From an archaeon GW2011_AR15 (lineage in GTDB: Archaea; Nanobdellota; Nanobdellia; Woesearchaeales; GW2011-AR15), in the NCBI GenBank assembly GCA_000830295.1, contig CP010425.1, positions 128,001-192,000 on the forward strand: DNA of 64,000 nucleotides, given 5' to 3'. A model generated the notes under the pieces. It was not told the DNA's origin, made no database searches, and worked only from the letters and a program-made list of their open reading frames with translations. This document shows, piece after piece, positions 1 to 9,600 of this stretch (position 1 is the stretch's first letter; the number at the start of each line of letters is the position of its first letter). The position numbers and the translations under genes are program-made.

Positions 1-440
1 GAGTCGTCTTCCCTGTCCCTTACAACAAGCCAGGTGAACGGCTTGGCATACATCATCGTATCAAGATAATTTATATAAAGCTGGCCGGGGTAGCTCTCCA
101 CTATTGTGCCGTAAAAATTCTCGACTGGCTCTGCCTCAAATATGCTGAATGAATCTGCAGGGTCGGTCCATGGCTGCGAGAAAGGGTTGTATTCTATTGA
201 AGGAGGCACATCTGCAGGTGTTGGTGTAGCTGTAGGTTCCGGAGTGTGTGTTGCTGTTGCCTCCTCTAAAACTGTCTCTATTGTTGCTGCTGCAGGTTCA
301 ATTGTTGCAGTCGGCTCCTGCTGTGTTTGCGGCTGGCTGAAAAAAGTATAAATTGTGGCTGTAACTACGCAAATTGCCATAGCGGCTGCAGGCACCAATG
401 GCCAAAGGTTGGAGTTTGAATTACTCACCACTACCACCAT
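1..440 (-). CDS. Membrane-anchored protein with Pro/Thr/Ala-rich linker (partial, runs off the window edge)
   Basis: Not in the ORF track. Manual translation from ATG 440 (or GTG 428) stays open to base 3: MVVVVSNSNSNLWPLVPAAAMAICVVTATIYTFFSQPQTQQEPTATIEP...TATHTPEPTATPTPAD... It overlaps the stop of the upstream gene. Confidence 0.75.
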   Translation of the reverse strand, partial: MVVVVSNSNSNLWPLVPAAAMAICVVTATIYTFFSQPQTQQEPTATIEPAAATIETVLEEATATHTPEPTATPTPADVPPSIEYNPFSQPWTDPADSFSIFEAEPVENFYGTIVESYPGQLYINYLDTMMYAKPFTWLVVRDREDD

Positions 441-2019
441 TCACAAACTTTATCCCCGCTTCCCTGCATTCCTTTGCACTGTTTTTTGAAAGCCACTCGT
501 TCACTTCATAATTATACTGGTCGTGGTAGCTTATTCCTGCTGCAAGTCCTTTTATCATTCCAACCCTTTGTTCATGGGATGACTGCTGCCATTGTTCTAT
601 GAAAGGCTGGCCTTTGTGATATGCCCGTGCAAGCTCTGTCTGCGTGCTCCTGTTTATAATCTCATAGAGCACAGAATCCGCTCTCATAGGAACAATAAGA
701 TCAAGCTTTGTCTCCAGAGGAAGGGATTTGAAATAGAGCCCCTTGTCTGCCTGGCTCTCATGGCTCAGCGTGTCAAGCACAGTGTAGAAATTCTCTACTT
801 CCTGAGGTATTGCGCTGTTGTGCTCTTTTATCTGCTTTATCAGCTCAAATGTGTCAATATCCTGCCTGTTTTTCATCTTAAGCTCTTCAAGCTTTTCCTT
901 TCCTCTCTTGAAGGAAAATGTGACGAGCCCGAAATCATACAGAGTATTGATAACCCTGTCTGTGTCATATCCGTTTACCAGCTTTATGCTCCTGTTCTCG
1001 TATGATGCCTCAAGCTTTCCTGAATCGTCAAAATAGACAAAAAGGAACTTCCTGTTCCTGAACGCATAAAGCTCCTGCCCGTTTCTCCTGAGCTTGATGA
1101 AATCCTCCACACTCTCTACAGGGAACACATCAGGAAGCTGTATCCTGTCAAGCTGGCCGTGTATCTCTTTCGGTTTTCTGGAAAGCTCAATCATGCTTTC
1201 AAGATATCCTGGCTTCAGTATAAGATCCGGATCTTTCTTGACATCATTATATGAATCCTGGATTTTCTTTACCGCATCTACTGTGGCTGCTGCTGTATCA
1301 AGCGAAAGCTCCAGCCTGAAAATGCTTTCCGTGTAGTCTTTGATGTTCAGGAGTATATCCTGCAGGCTGAGCTCTGATATCTCTGTTTTCACTTGCCCGA
1401 AAAGCGCTTCTCCGAAGGTTATCTGCTCTATAAAAGGCGCTGCGGACTTGTTGAGTTTCTTGAGAAGGTTTTTCTTGAATGAGTAGTTTCCTCCGAGTAT
1501 GTCGCTGTCAAACTGCTTTAAAGACACAATTATATAATAATTATTCAGGCCTTCAATATCCGGGTCATGGCCGAGAGCATCTATGAAAAATGATTTCCTT
1601 CTTTGTCTCCTGCCGGTTATTGCATGCACTACATCTGCATATCTTTTTGCCTCCTCTCCTTCGATAGAATAAAGGAGCGGCTGCTTCAGCACAAGCTCTC
1701 CGGGATTTACATGCTTTCTTGTCTTTGAATGTATCTGCAGAAATGTGTCTTTTATCAGCGAAGACATGGATGAATCGCTTGGCAGCTCAACAGGTTCTTC
1801 TCTTGGCTGGGGCTCTGAGCGTATCTCTTCGAAAATAGACTCAAGGAAGTCCGGATTGCTGCTTCTCTCGCGCAGATACTCTTCCAGCATCTGCCTGTGC
1901 CTGTCGCTGTCTCCAGTCCTGCTACTCCCTGTTCTCCTTCTCCTTGGAGTTTCAGATGCCTGTCTTGCTCCTTTCTGAGTGAAACTTGAAAGGATGTCAT
2001 CTATTTTTTTGTCATCCAT
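421..2019 (-). CDS. Hypothetical protein (532 aa), left arm of the Ubl locus
   Basis: Long ORF overlapping both neighbours; charged, disordered-looking N-terminus; no motif recognised. Confidence 0.8.
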   Translation of the reverse strand: MDDKKIDDILSSFTQKGARQASETPRRRRTGSSRTGDSDRHRQMLEEYLRERSSNPDFLESIFEEIRSEPQPREEPVELPSDSSMSSLIKDTFLQIHSKTRKHVNPGELVLKQPLLYSIEGEEAKRYADVVHAITGRRQRRKSFFIDALGHDPDIEGLNNYYIIVSLKQFDSDILGGNYSFKKNLLKKLNKSAAPFIEQITFGEALFGQVKTEISELSLQDILLNIKDYTESIFRLELSLDTAAATVDAVKKIQDSYNDVKKDPDLILKPGYLESMIELSRKPKEIHGQLDRIQLPDVFPVESVEDFIKLRRNGQELYAFRNRKFLFVYFDDSGKLEASYENRSIKLVNGYDTDRVINTLYDFGLVTFSFKRGKEKLEELKMKNRQDIDTFELIKQIKEHNSAIPQEVENFYTVLDTLSHESQADKGLYFKSLPLETKLDLIVPMRADSVLYEIINRSTQTELARAYHKGQPFIEQWQQSSHEQRVGMIKGLAAGISYHDQYNYEVNEWLSKNSAKECREAGIKFVNGGSGE

Positions 2020-3862
2020 CTTTCTTCTTACCTTTACCCAGTTTCTGCTTCATCCTCTCATAAAAACCCCTGGGTTCTTCGCCTGGAATGCTGCTCAGGC
2101 CCATAATTGCATCTGCATCTGCCTGCGCACCCCTGTTTCTCAGGATATATTCAACATTGGATTTGTGCTCTTCCTGGCGCTGCCTATCCATAACATCTTT
2201 CTCTTCTTTGAAGTAATGCCCTGCTATGCCCCTGATATCTTCATACGACAGCGGTTTTGAATGTTTTCTTTCCATCTCCAGGCATTCTTCAAGCGTTGTG
2301 TCAGGGTCATAATACTTTTCAGGAAGTTCTGAACGCATCGGCCTTATGCGCTTAATGGCATTAGTGCTGATATGGTCCACTGCTCTCCCGTTCATGCCGT
2401 ACTCTTCATAGCATAATTTCCCGAACTCTTCCCACTGCTTTTCAGTTATGCTGCTTATGTAATCCTTATAGTCTCTCAGCTTGATATCCCTGAACAGCTT
2501 CACAACACCCTCTCCGCTTTTTACTCCTTCTCCTTCCCACATATTTTCTTTCAGCCTTGAATATGCAGCAGCATCTTCAGGGAGGAAGTTGGCGTCGGCC
2601 CACCAGAACCATTTCCCGTTTTTCTTGCCGAGCGTGCCGTCAAATATGCCGAACATGATGTTCTGCACCTGCTTCTGCTCATTTGTGGTATGCGGGCTTT
2701 CCCTTGAAACCAGATAAGTGTCAAAGTCCGGCGTGTATACCATCACTGCGCCGTTCCATCCCACAATCTCATCCTCTATCCATCTCTGCAGGTTCTTGGC
2801 GCTTTCGAACTGGTATGCGGTCCCGTAGTCTGTAGGCCTCAGTATAATAACCCTTGCCGGAATATCCCTCTTGCTGCAGAATTCAAGGAATTCATTTGCT
2901 GTCGCATGCGCCAAAAATGTTTTTCCCTCTCCTGGCTTTGAAACGACAAACGCAGAGTGGCTGAAAGGAAGCCTGGGGTTAATCCACTCGTTATTCTTTT
3001 TCCTCAGCCCCCCTAAATTCCCTATCATTTCCCTTGCCATTTCCTTTACTTTGTCAAACCCGATAACATAATCCAGCTTTGCACTGTCCATCAGCTCAGC
3101 CGGCCTCATTATCTTGAATGAGGAATATGAGTAGCCGTCAAATGTTATCTCGTCAATCTTAAATTTCGTGGTCAGGTCCTCTTTTCTTGCAAGTGCGAGG
3201 AACTGGTCTTTGTAAATTTCTGCTGAGTTTATCATTGTTTTATAGAATGATGACAGGATAGTCATCATCTTATCTTCATCTGTATTTTTTATCTGCTCCT
3301 TGTTCTGGAGAAGCATAAGATAAAGCCCTCTTAGCGAGTCGCCGATTGCATCATAAAGAGGTCTCCTGAAATTGAAGCTTATAACTCTTGAATTATCTGT
3401 GATATCCACCATGGCTTTGTCTTCCAGCGTCTTTAGTCCTATAACAGAACCCACATAGACTGAATAGGCAATAACCCTCCCTTTATCTTTCATCAGTTTG
3501 TCCTGTTCTCTTAATTTTAGCTCTTCATCACTTATTTTTTTGAGCTCAAGTTCCCTGTCTGTTATATGGAGCTGGGAATCCAGCGCGCTGTATGCTGTAA
3601 GCGCTGCTGCTACCATCCTCTCAAGGCTGTTAATTGCGTCCAGCTGCTTATCAGTATTTTTTTTCTGCGGGAAACTCCCTATTGCATCTCTCATGAAGGT
3701 ATATAGGTTGTATCTTCTGCTGCCATCAACAGGTGGTGTGAGCTGATTGAGATATTCTATTGCGGCACTAAGGTTAAGATGATATTCCTCCTCACTTATC
3801 TCGATAGCTGTTTTGCCTGTAATGTCTTCAAGTTTCTTTGCTGCTACTTTATCGTCTGCGAT
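2012..3862 (-). CDS. Divergent AAA+ ATPase, probably starting at ATC 3862 (track ORF starts at 3694)
   Basis: Walker A-like SKPGEGKT, Walker B-like VMVYTPDFD, then DG...WADAN...AAYSR resembling sensor 1 and an arginine finger. The frame is open for 56 codons upstream of 3694, to an ATC preceded by GAGGTG. Confidence 0.7.
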   Translation of the reverse strand: MADDKVAAKKLEDITGKTAIEISEEEYHLNLSAAIEYLNQLTPPVDGSRRYNLYTFMRDAIGSFPQKKNTDKQLDAINSLERMVAAALTAYSALDSQLHITDRELELKKISDEELKLREQDKLMKDKGRVIAYSVYVGSVIGLKTLEDKAMVDITDNSRVISFNFRRPLYDAIGDSLRGLYLMLLQNKEQIKNTDEDKMMTILSSFYKTMINSAEIYKDQFLALARKEDLTTKFKIDEITFDGYSYSSFKIMRPAELMDSAKLDYVIGFDKVKEMAREMIGNLGGLRKKNNEWINPRLPFSHSAFVVSKPGEGKTFLAHATANEFLEFCSKRDIPARVIILRPTDYGTAYQFESAKNLQRWIEDEIVGWNGAVMVYTPDFDTYLVSRESPHTTNEQKQVQNIMFGIFDGTLGKKNGKWFWWADANFLPEDAAAYSRLKENMWEGEGVKSGEGVVKLFRDIKLRDYKDYISSITEKQWEEFGKLCYEEYGMNGRAVDHISTNAIKRIRPMRSELPEKYYDPDTTLEECLEMERKHSKPLSYEDIRGIAGHYFKEEKDVMDRQRQEEHKSNVEYILRNRGAQADADAIMGLSSIPGEEPRGFYERMKQKLGKGKKKDG

Positions 3863-3865
3863 TTT

Positions 3866-4966
3866 TTACACCTCATATATCCTTGCTTCTTCTCTCATCT
3901 TTGCCATCTCTATCAGCTGTTTCTGGAGCTGCTTGAGTTCTGTTGGAAGTACTATAAATTCATCAGACTTCATATCTTCCCTTGAAAATTCTTCTTTGGT
4001 TTCCCCAAGTATTTCTTTCTGCCCTGTGCTTACAAGATAGTCCCTTTTGGAAAGCATTACAAATGTGTCCGGGTGGTCCATGAACATTTTAGTTAGGGTC
4101 TCTGACATACTGGGTTTTCCGGGAAAATAGAAACCAGATATATAAACTCCTGAAACCATTTTCGGATGTATGCCCGGCAGTTTATTGAGAGACCACATCA
4201 GATGAGCTACCCCAAAGCTCCAGTCTCTCTCAAGTATCCCGAGAAGATCTTCTGAGATATGTTTTGTGCCATCGGCATCAACATAGATATGGCTTATTTT
4301 TCTTGTCTGCTTTTTTCCAAAAAGGGGCTTTGTTGATATATCTATCTCTTCTTTTTCCAGATCGCATGCATAGACTGCCCAGATGCTCTTTAGCTTATCA
4401 GGAATGGCAAACACTATCCTGTAAAGATTTTGGATATTATCATAGGGTATAATCTCCATGTTATCACTTACTGAGTTGATATCAAGCAAGTCTGCATTAT
4501 GTATGCCTTCCATGTATTTTCTCGTCCGGTATTCCTCTCTAATTTTTGCAAGCAGGCCCGATTCATCCTCTGTGGAAACTGAGTTGTCAAAAAGCAGCTT
4601 CCTGTAGGAGCCGAGGACTTCTTCAAGATCTTCTGCACGCTGAAGATGCTGCTCAGCAAACCTTTTGTCTGAGTGGAGTCTGGCATGCATCCCTATTTCA
4701 GGAAATCCATTTTCCCCGATTTCAGTCTCTGTATAAATTCCTCCGTTATCATGGTAATTCTGCTCATTGTCCAGCCTTCTCATCCAGCGTATGTCAGAAG
4801 AAAGTTTCTTTATGTGTCTGCTTATGTCCGGATATGCCGGCTTCAGCTTGTAATCTTTGCTAAGCTCAAGCTTAGTATCTGATAGAAGCCTTGATGAAAG
4901 TGCAGTGAGGCTTCTCTCCAAATCAAATAAGTATTTGTTATTAGCCTCACCTTCAAGCAATGCCAT
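3866..4966 (-). CDS. Hypothetical protein (366 aa)
   Basis: Long ORF with GGAGGG SD, within an operon; no family recognised. Confidence 0.8.
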   Translation of the reverse strand: MALLEGEANNKYLFDLERSLTALSSRLLSDTKLELSKDYKLKPAYPDISRHIKKLSSDIRWMRRLDNEQNYHDNGGIYTETEIGENGFPEIGMHARLHSDKRFAEQHLQRAEDLEEVLGSYRKLLFDNSVSTEDESGLLAKIREEYRTRKYMEGIHNADLLDINSVSDNMEIIPYDNIQNLYRIVFAIPDKLKSIWAVYACDLEKEEIDISTKPLFGKKQTRKISHIYVDADGTKHISEDLLGILERDWSFGVAHLMWSLNKLPGIHPKMVSGVYISGFYFPGKPSMSETLTKMFMDHPDTFVMLSKRDYLVSTGQKEILGETKEEFSREDMKSDEFIVLPTELKQLQKQLIEMAKMREEARIYEV

Positions 4967-4996
4967 GCTTCCCTCCGAAAAAATGAAATAAAAAAA

Positions 4997-6283
4997 TTAG
5001 TTAAGCTTCGGGACCTCATAAGTGCCTACATCTGCATTGGCAGCTTCGTATAAAGTCCTTGTAAGCTCTTTTCTTTTCTCCCTAAGCTCTTCCCATTTTG
5101 CCTGCCTGTCATCCAGGATCTTCTCATATTCAACAATCTTCTCAGGATCCCATTTCTTTGTCAGGACATACTGGCTCAGCGCATCCATTATCTGGTCGCC
5201 TTCCTCAACTGCCAGCCTCAGCATCTGGTCAAAGACATTCCTGTAGTCAAGAAGTGCCTGGAATGACCTTACACCGAGTGCCTGCGCAAGGTTTATCTTT
5301 GTAAGCAGGTCTGTTGTAGGCTTTCCATACTCCAGCTCTGCGTGGTATTCGTTTGCCAGCAGTTCCTGCTGCCTTACAAGGCCTTTTATTGTTTTCTTGA
5401 GAATCCTCTCGTTAAGAGCGTATTCCTCTCCTGCCCTTGCAATGAACATGTCATAGCCTGTCTCTTTGAGCTTAAAGTCGTCAAGAGTATCTGTAAGGTC
5501 TGAGAGCTCTTTATTGAGTTTGTTGTATTTCTCTTTCTCAATAACAAGCTGCTTGTCTTTCTCCCTCTGGTCTGCATTTGACAGCTCTTCCACTGAAGCC
5601 TCAAGGGAAAGAGTGGGCATTATCCTGTTACCCTCACCGAATATTACTCCATAGACAGCCAGCACTTCTTTCTGCTGTGCCAGTCTATCATGAGTTGCAC
5701 TTACAGTTATCTCAAGTTCTTTCTGCTTTTGAAGGTTTGTATATAACTCCTTGCCAAGCCTGTGTATATCTGCGGCATAGAAATCTGATGCCTGCTTTGA
5801 CTCCTCGCTTACCCTGATAAGCATTGTCTTCAGTTCCCCGACAACCTTCTGGTTAGCATATAGAATTTCAATCATATCCTTATACTGGTCAGGGATTATG
5901 TTCATTTCTCCTTTTACAGAATTCCAGAAAATATTCTCAGCCCAGTTTCTTATTCTCTCAGAAGGGAAATTTTCTGCAATATATCTCCAGACTCCTCCCT
6001 TCTTTGTTATGCTGGTTATGCTTGATTTAAAGAGTCCTGCCTGCACGCCGTATCTTTTGATAAAATCCCTTTGTGTCTTGGCAATCTCAAAATATCCATC
6101 CATCCATTTCTGGAGCCTGGCGCTGTCAAACTGCTTTGACTGCACACCCCGTACTGTGCTCTTGAACTCATGCTGCATTGTACCTTTAGAAAATACGTCA
6201 TCCCATTCTTTTTGTGAAGGCGTTGTTACATTTCTTGCCTTAGCTAGTTTTTGTTCTAATGATTGTCCTGACTGTCCTGCCAT
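4997..6283 (-). CDS. Long coiled-coil protein (428 aa), first gene of the left operon
   Basis: Heptad-like E/K/L-rich helices through the middle and C-terminal regions; AGGAGGG SD. Confidence 0.8.
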   Translation of the reverse strand: MAGQSGQSLEQKLAKARNVTTPSQKEWDDVFSKGTMQHEFKSTVRGVQSKQFDSARLQKWMDGYFEIAKTQRDFIKRYGVQAGLFKSSITSITKKGGVWRYIAENFPSERIRNWAENIFWNSVKGEMNIIPDQYKDMIEILYANQKVVGELKTMLIRVSEESKQASDFYAADIHRLGKELYTNLQKQKELEITVSATHDRLAQQKEVLAVYGVIFGEGNRIMPTLSLEASVEELSNADQREKDKQLVIEKEKYNKLNKELSDLTDTLDDFKLKETGYDMFIARAGEEYALNERILKKTIKGLVRQQELLANEYHAELEYGKPTTDLLTKINLAQALGVRSFQALLDYRNVFDQMLRLAVEEGDQIMDALSQYVLTKKWDPEKIVEYEKILDDRQAKWEELREKRKELTRTLYEAANADVGTYEVPKLN

Positions 6284-6478
6284 TTTTTAATTCCCTCCTG
6301 TCAATATAATTTCATTCCCCTTTTTTAAGTTCCAGAACTTGAAGTCTATATTTAAAGCTTGCGTTGTGTTGTTACGGGCAAGTAGATAGTAATAGAAATG
6401 CTTAAATATTAACATTATATCCGGAATCTGAATTTAAAACCGCTTAAAAATTTAACAGAGGATGTTGAGGGGGAGACA
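6284..6478. promoter_or_regulatory. Divergent promoter region of the two operons
   Basis: TATA-like TTTAAATA on the minus strand near 6347-6354 and TTAAATAT on the plus strand near 6402-6409; SD motifs before both first genes. Confidence 0.55.
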
Positions 6479-7096
6479 ATGGTAACAAGTAATATTACAG
6501 CACCGCAGAACAAGGCAGACTTAAAGCCGGTAACCGTAAACAGGTATGGAACACTTGATGAGCTTATTAAAATACACAGGGAAGATATAGGTGTGGGAAA
6601 GGTTGTTCCTATGCTTCCGTTTGTATTCTTCAGAATTGGCTCTGTGAATTCTCCGCCTGATAAGTGGTATTTTGCGCTGTTGAACAGGGACCAGCTAAGG
6701 TCTTCAGAGGAAGTAATAGAGAATTACAGGAATGGCGGCGATGTTGAAGTGCTTCCTAAGGAAGTGCTTGATTTTACACTGAGCGAGATGCTTGGGAGGC
6801 ATTTGTTCCCTACACAGGATGTAATGGCTGATTACAGTGTTAGTTATGATGCTGCCCTGGATGTTGTATACGGAAGAGACGCTGACAAGCCGACAATCAA
6901 ATCCAATCATGAAGGAAAAAGAATACTTTACAGCCTCCAGGATAATCCCTTCGGAGGTAACCAGGTTGAGCTTTCAACACGGGTAAAGGATTGCCTCTCT
7001 TATATCACAATAGATGATAAAAATGAGTCGTCTGTGCACTACGGAGCAATTACTGTTGATATGACATACGCCACTGCAGGCAAAGGCGGTAGGTGA
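6479..7096 (+). CDS. Putative ubiquitin-like modifier precursor ending ...TAGKGG-R
   Basis: Di-glycine one residue before the stop; first gene of an E2/JAB/E1 operon. The beta-grasp fold is inferred, not verified. Confidence 0.55.
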   Translation: MVTSNITAPQNKADLKPVTVNRYGTLDELIKIHREDIGVGKVVPMLPFVFFRIGSVNSPPDKWYFALLNRDQLRSSEEVIENYRNGGDVEVLPKEVLDFTLSEMLGRHLFPTQDVMADYSVSYDAALDVVYGRDADKPTIKSNHEGKRILYSLQDNPFGGNQVELSTRVKDCLSYITIDDKNESSVHYGAITVDMTYATAGKGGR

Positions 7097-8439
7097 GGCT
7101 GCAGGCCGAAAGGCTTGGGGGAAAAAGAATGAATCTTCCGAAGTTCTACTTTTTTAATTTTAGCGGGATTACTATAGTACATAGCGGAAGAATCTACACT
7201 GCGAGCAGCCAGGTTTCTGATTTTACTGATGAGATAGCAATAGAGAGCCTTGTGGATGCCGGTCCGGAATCCCAGGAAAGGTTTCCGCTTGAACCGCAGG
7301 AAACCCTCCTTGGCCTTGAAGCGCTTTATTTCATACATAATAACAGTGAGATAGGAAAGTGGCAGGCCGAGTATATGAAGAAATTCAACATTGATTCGCT
7401 TTCAGATATAGACATGGCCAACAGAATTAAGGAATCTAAGCTGCTTGAGTTTATAGTAAAGGAAGTCTTCCCAAGGTTCGTAAGCTCAGGGAGGATAGAC
7501 ATAGAAGGGATGGGGCTAAATGTAAAAGCGCCCTCTGCAAAGAAAAAAAGCAGCAGAAAGAAAAGGGCTTCAGGAGGAATTGCCGGGACTGTATTTGATA
7601 TAATTGAGGGAATCGAGAATGAAGGATATACACAAAAAGATATCGGTAAAATTGCAAAGGAATTCAGCCTCAAAAGATCTATCCTGCAGTCAGATGTGCT
7701 TGGAAACGAGAGCATATGCATAATAGATAATGAAGTATATGTGATGAGATCTGCAAAATCAGAAAAGGTCCTGGACGGCATACAAATAACTCTTGGCCCA
7801 AAAAAATTCGGGCTTGTGTATTACGGCTCCCTCAGCACAATTGAAACATCATTCAGCAGTGCGCTTGGAGAGCACCTGAAAAAACAGGCGTTCAAGAACA
7901 ACCCTGTTATTTTAAGGCAGATTGAAATCAGGGATGAACTGCTCAAAGAGATAAAAAATCCGAAATACCAGGAAGCCGGGCTTGGCATTGAGAAAACAGA
8001 CAAGGACGGCACTTCATACATGATTTCCATTGATGTTCCTGAATTTGTGAACCTGGGAGAAAGCCAGAATTACTTTTATTTCCCTGCAACAAAAGTCGGC
8101 CTTCAGGTGTGGATTCAGGGAGAGGCGATAAGGCATTCAAAGAAGCCTATTGTAATGGGAAAATACAAGCACCCGTTTGTAGGGGACTGGTCATCAAACA
8201 GGGATATATGCACGGATGAATATGAATCCAGTTACACTACACCAGAAGAAAGAATTGCAGATTACCTTAATTACGGCAAGAATATCCTGATGTCCGGATA
8301 CTTCGGCAGCGTGAGGCCAAGGGCGCTGCTGAACAAGTCCACTTTCCATGAAAGCCAGTTCAGAAAAGTAGACGGCATGAGCAGGGAAGAAATAATCAAG
8401 CAATATCCAATCACAAATGTAATAGCCCAGAGAAGGTGA
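7093..8439 (+). CDS. Protein with C-terminal E2 (UBC)-like domain
   Basis: YKHPFVGDWSSNRDIC resembles the E2 signature HPN(V/I)-x(3-7)-G-x-IC; candidate catalytic Cys373 (8209-8211); operon context. Confidence 0.6.
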   Translation: MRLQAERLGGKRMNLPKFYFFNFSGITIVHSGRIYTASSQVSDFTDEIAIESLVDAGPESQERFPLEPQETLLGLEALYFIHNNSEIGKWQAEYMKKFNIDSLSDIDMANRIKESKLLEFIVKEVFPRFVSSGRIDIEGMGLNVKAPSAKKKSSRKKRASGGIAGTVFDIIEGIENEGYTQKDIGKIAKEFSLKRSILQSDVLGNESICIIDNEVYVMRSAKSEKVLDGIQITLGPKKFGLVYYGSLSTIETSFSSALGEHLKKQAFKNNPVILRQIEIRDELLKEIKNPKYQEAGLGIEKTDKDGTSYMISIDVPEFVNLGESQNYFYFPATKVGLQVWIQGEAIRHSKKPIVMGKYKHPFVGDWSSNRDICTDEYESSYTTPEERIADYLNYGKNILMSGYFGSVRPRALLNKSTFHESQFRKVDGMSREEIIKQYPITNVIAQRR

Positions 8440-8445
8440 TAAAAA

Positions 8446-9600
8446 ATGTCCGACCTAGTAAAAAACCTAAAAGCAATTGTCAATGAAGATGTCCATGTCA
8501 GTTACAGCCAGCTGACAATCAATCAGCAGATACTGACAGAGGGCGTTGTCAGAAAAATCTATGCAGTATACAATGTAATCAACAAGATTGAGGGCAGCAT
8601 GGAGGCCTATTTCCTCCCACTGAGAAAAGAAGGGGAAAATTTCACAAGGGATATCTTCCTGCCAACCCAGTATGATGCCTCGCATGCCCATGTGCAGGTA
8701 GAGCCTGAAGCTCTTCAGGAATTTGACAATGACAACCCCTATGGTCTTGTGGTTGACGGATGGATGCATTTCCACCCCGGATACGGCTCTGTCCATCCCT
8801 CAGGGACTGACGATGACAATAACAGGCAGGTGCTAAAGCTTGTTCCGCACAACAAGATTTCGGGTGTCCAGGAAACACTGATGAAAAACCTTGATTATAA
8901 AATAAAAGGCGGCAAGGTCATAGTATCCGATCTTCTTACAGGAATGGAATACGGAATACCTACAGACCAGCTTACTTCACTGATAAAATCATTTAACGCC
9001 CATCACAAAAAGGGCAAGGAAGCCAGTGATGAGGACATTGCAGGCTTTATGAAAGGCTACTTCAGCGAAAAAGGCCCAGGGCTGAAAGTAATGTCCAGCT
9101 ACCTGAGGGCAGAGCTGCAGTATGCAAAGAGCACAATCTTCAACGGGCTTAGCCTTGACCACGTGCTAAATCTTGACGGCACAGAGAAAGGAGGGAGGAG
9201 CAGGAACGTGTATTCTGAAGCAATTGTGCAGAATTACCTCGACGGCAAGCCAAGAGGGGATATGAAGCTCATAGAAAATATTCCTATAAAGGTAATCCAA
9301 GTAGAGAATGACGTTGCATTTACCGTAAAAGAGATTGAGGAGCTTGTAAGAGAAAAAATAGTCAAGCCGAGAAAGAGCGGGTTCTCATATGAAGTACATG
9401 AGCCTGTCAGGGAAGAAAAGGAGCCAAAGAAAGACTATGATGCCCCTGAAAAGCAGGAGAAGGTTGTTGTTGACAGAGGGGATAATTATAGTGGACTGGC
9501 AAGATTCCTCTTGTGGCTTGCCAGGCTGGCCGGCGTAAATATACGGGAGACCACAGAACCTGAGGAAAAAAAGCCAGAGGCAGAAAAGAAAGATGAGTGA
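8446..9600 (+). CDS. JAB/JAMM (MPN+) metallopeptidase with C-terminal extension
   Basis: N-terminal Glu (MEAYF) plus GWMHFHPGYGSVHPSGTD (HxH...SxxD). Confidence 0.85.
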   Translation: MSDLVKNLKAIVNEDVHVSYSQLTINQQILTEGVVRKIYAVYNVINKIEGSMEAYFLPLRKEGENFTRDIFLPTQYDASHAHVQVEPEALQEFDNDNPYGLVVDGWMHFHPGYGSVHPSGTDDDNNRQVLKLVPHNKISGVQETLMKNLDYKIKGGKVIVSDLLTGMEYGIPTDQLTSLIKSFNAHHKKGKEASDEDIAGFMKGYFSEKGPGLKVMSSYLRAELQYAKSTIFNGLSLDHVLNLDGTEKGGRSRNVYSEAIVQNYLDGKPRGDMKLIENIPIKVIQVENDVAFTVKEIEELVREKIVKPRKSGFSYEVHEPVREEKEPKKDYDAPEKQEKVVVDRGDNYSGLARFLLWLARLAGVNIRETTEPEEKKPEAEKKDE

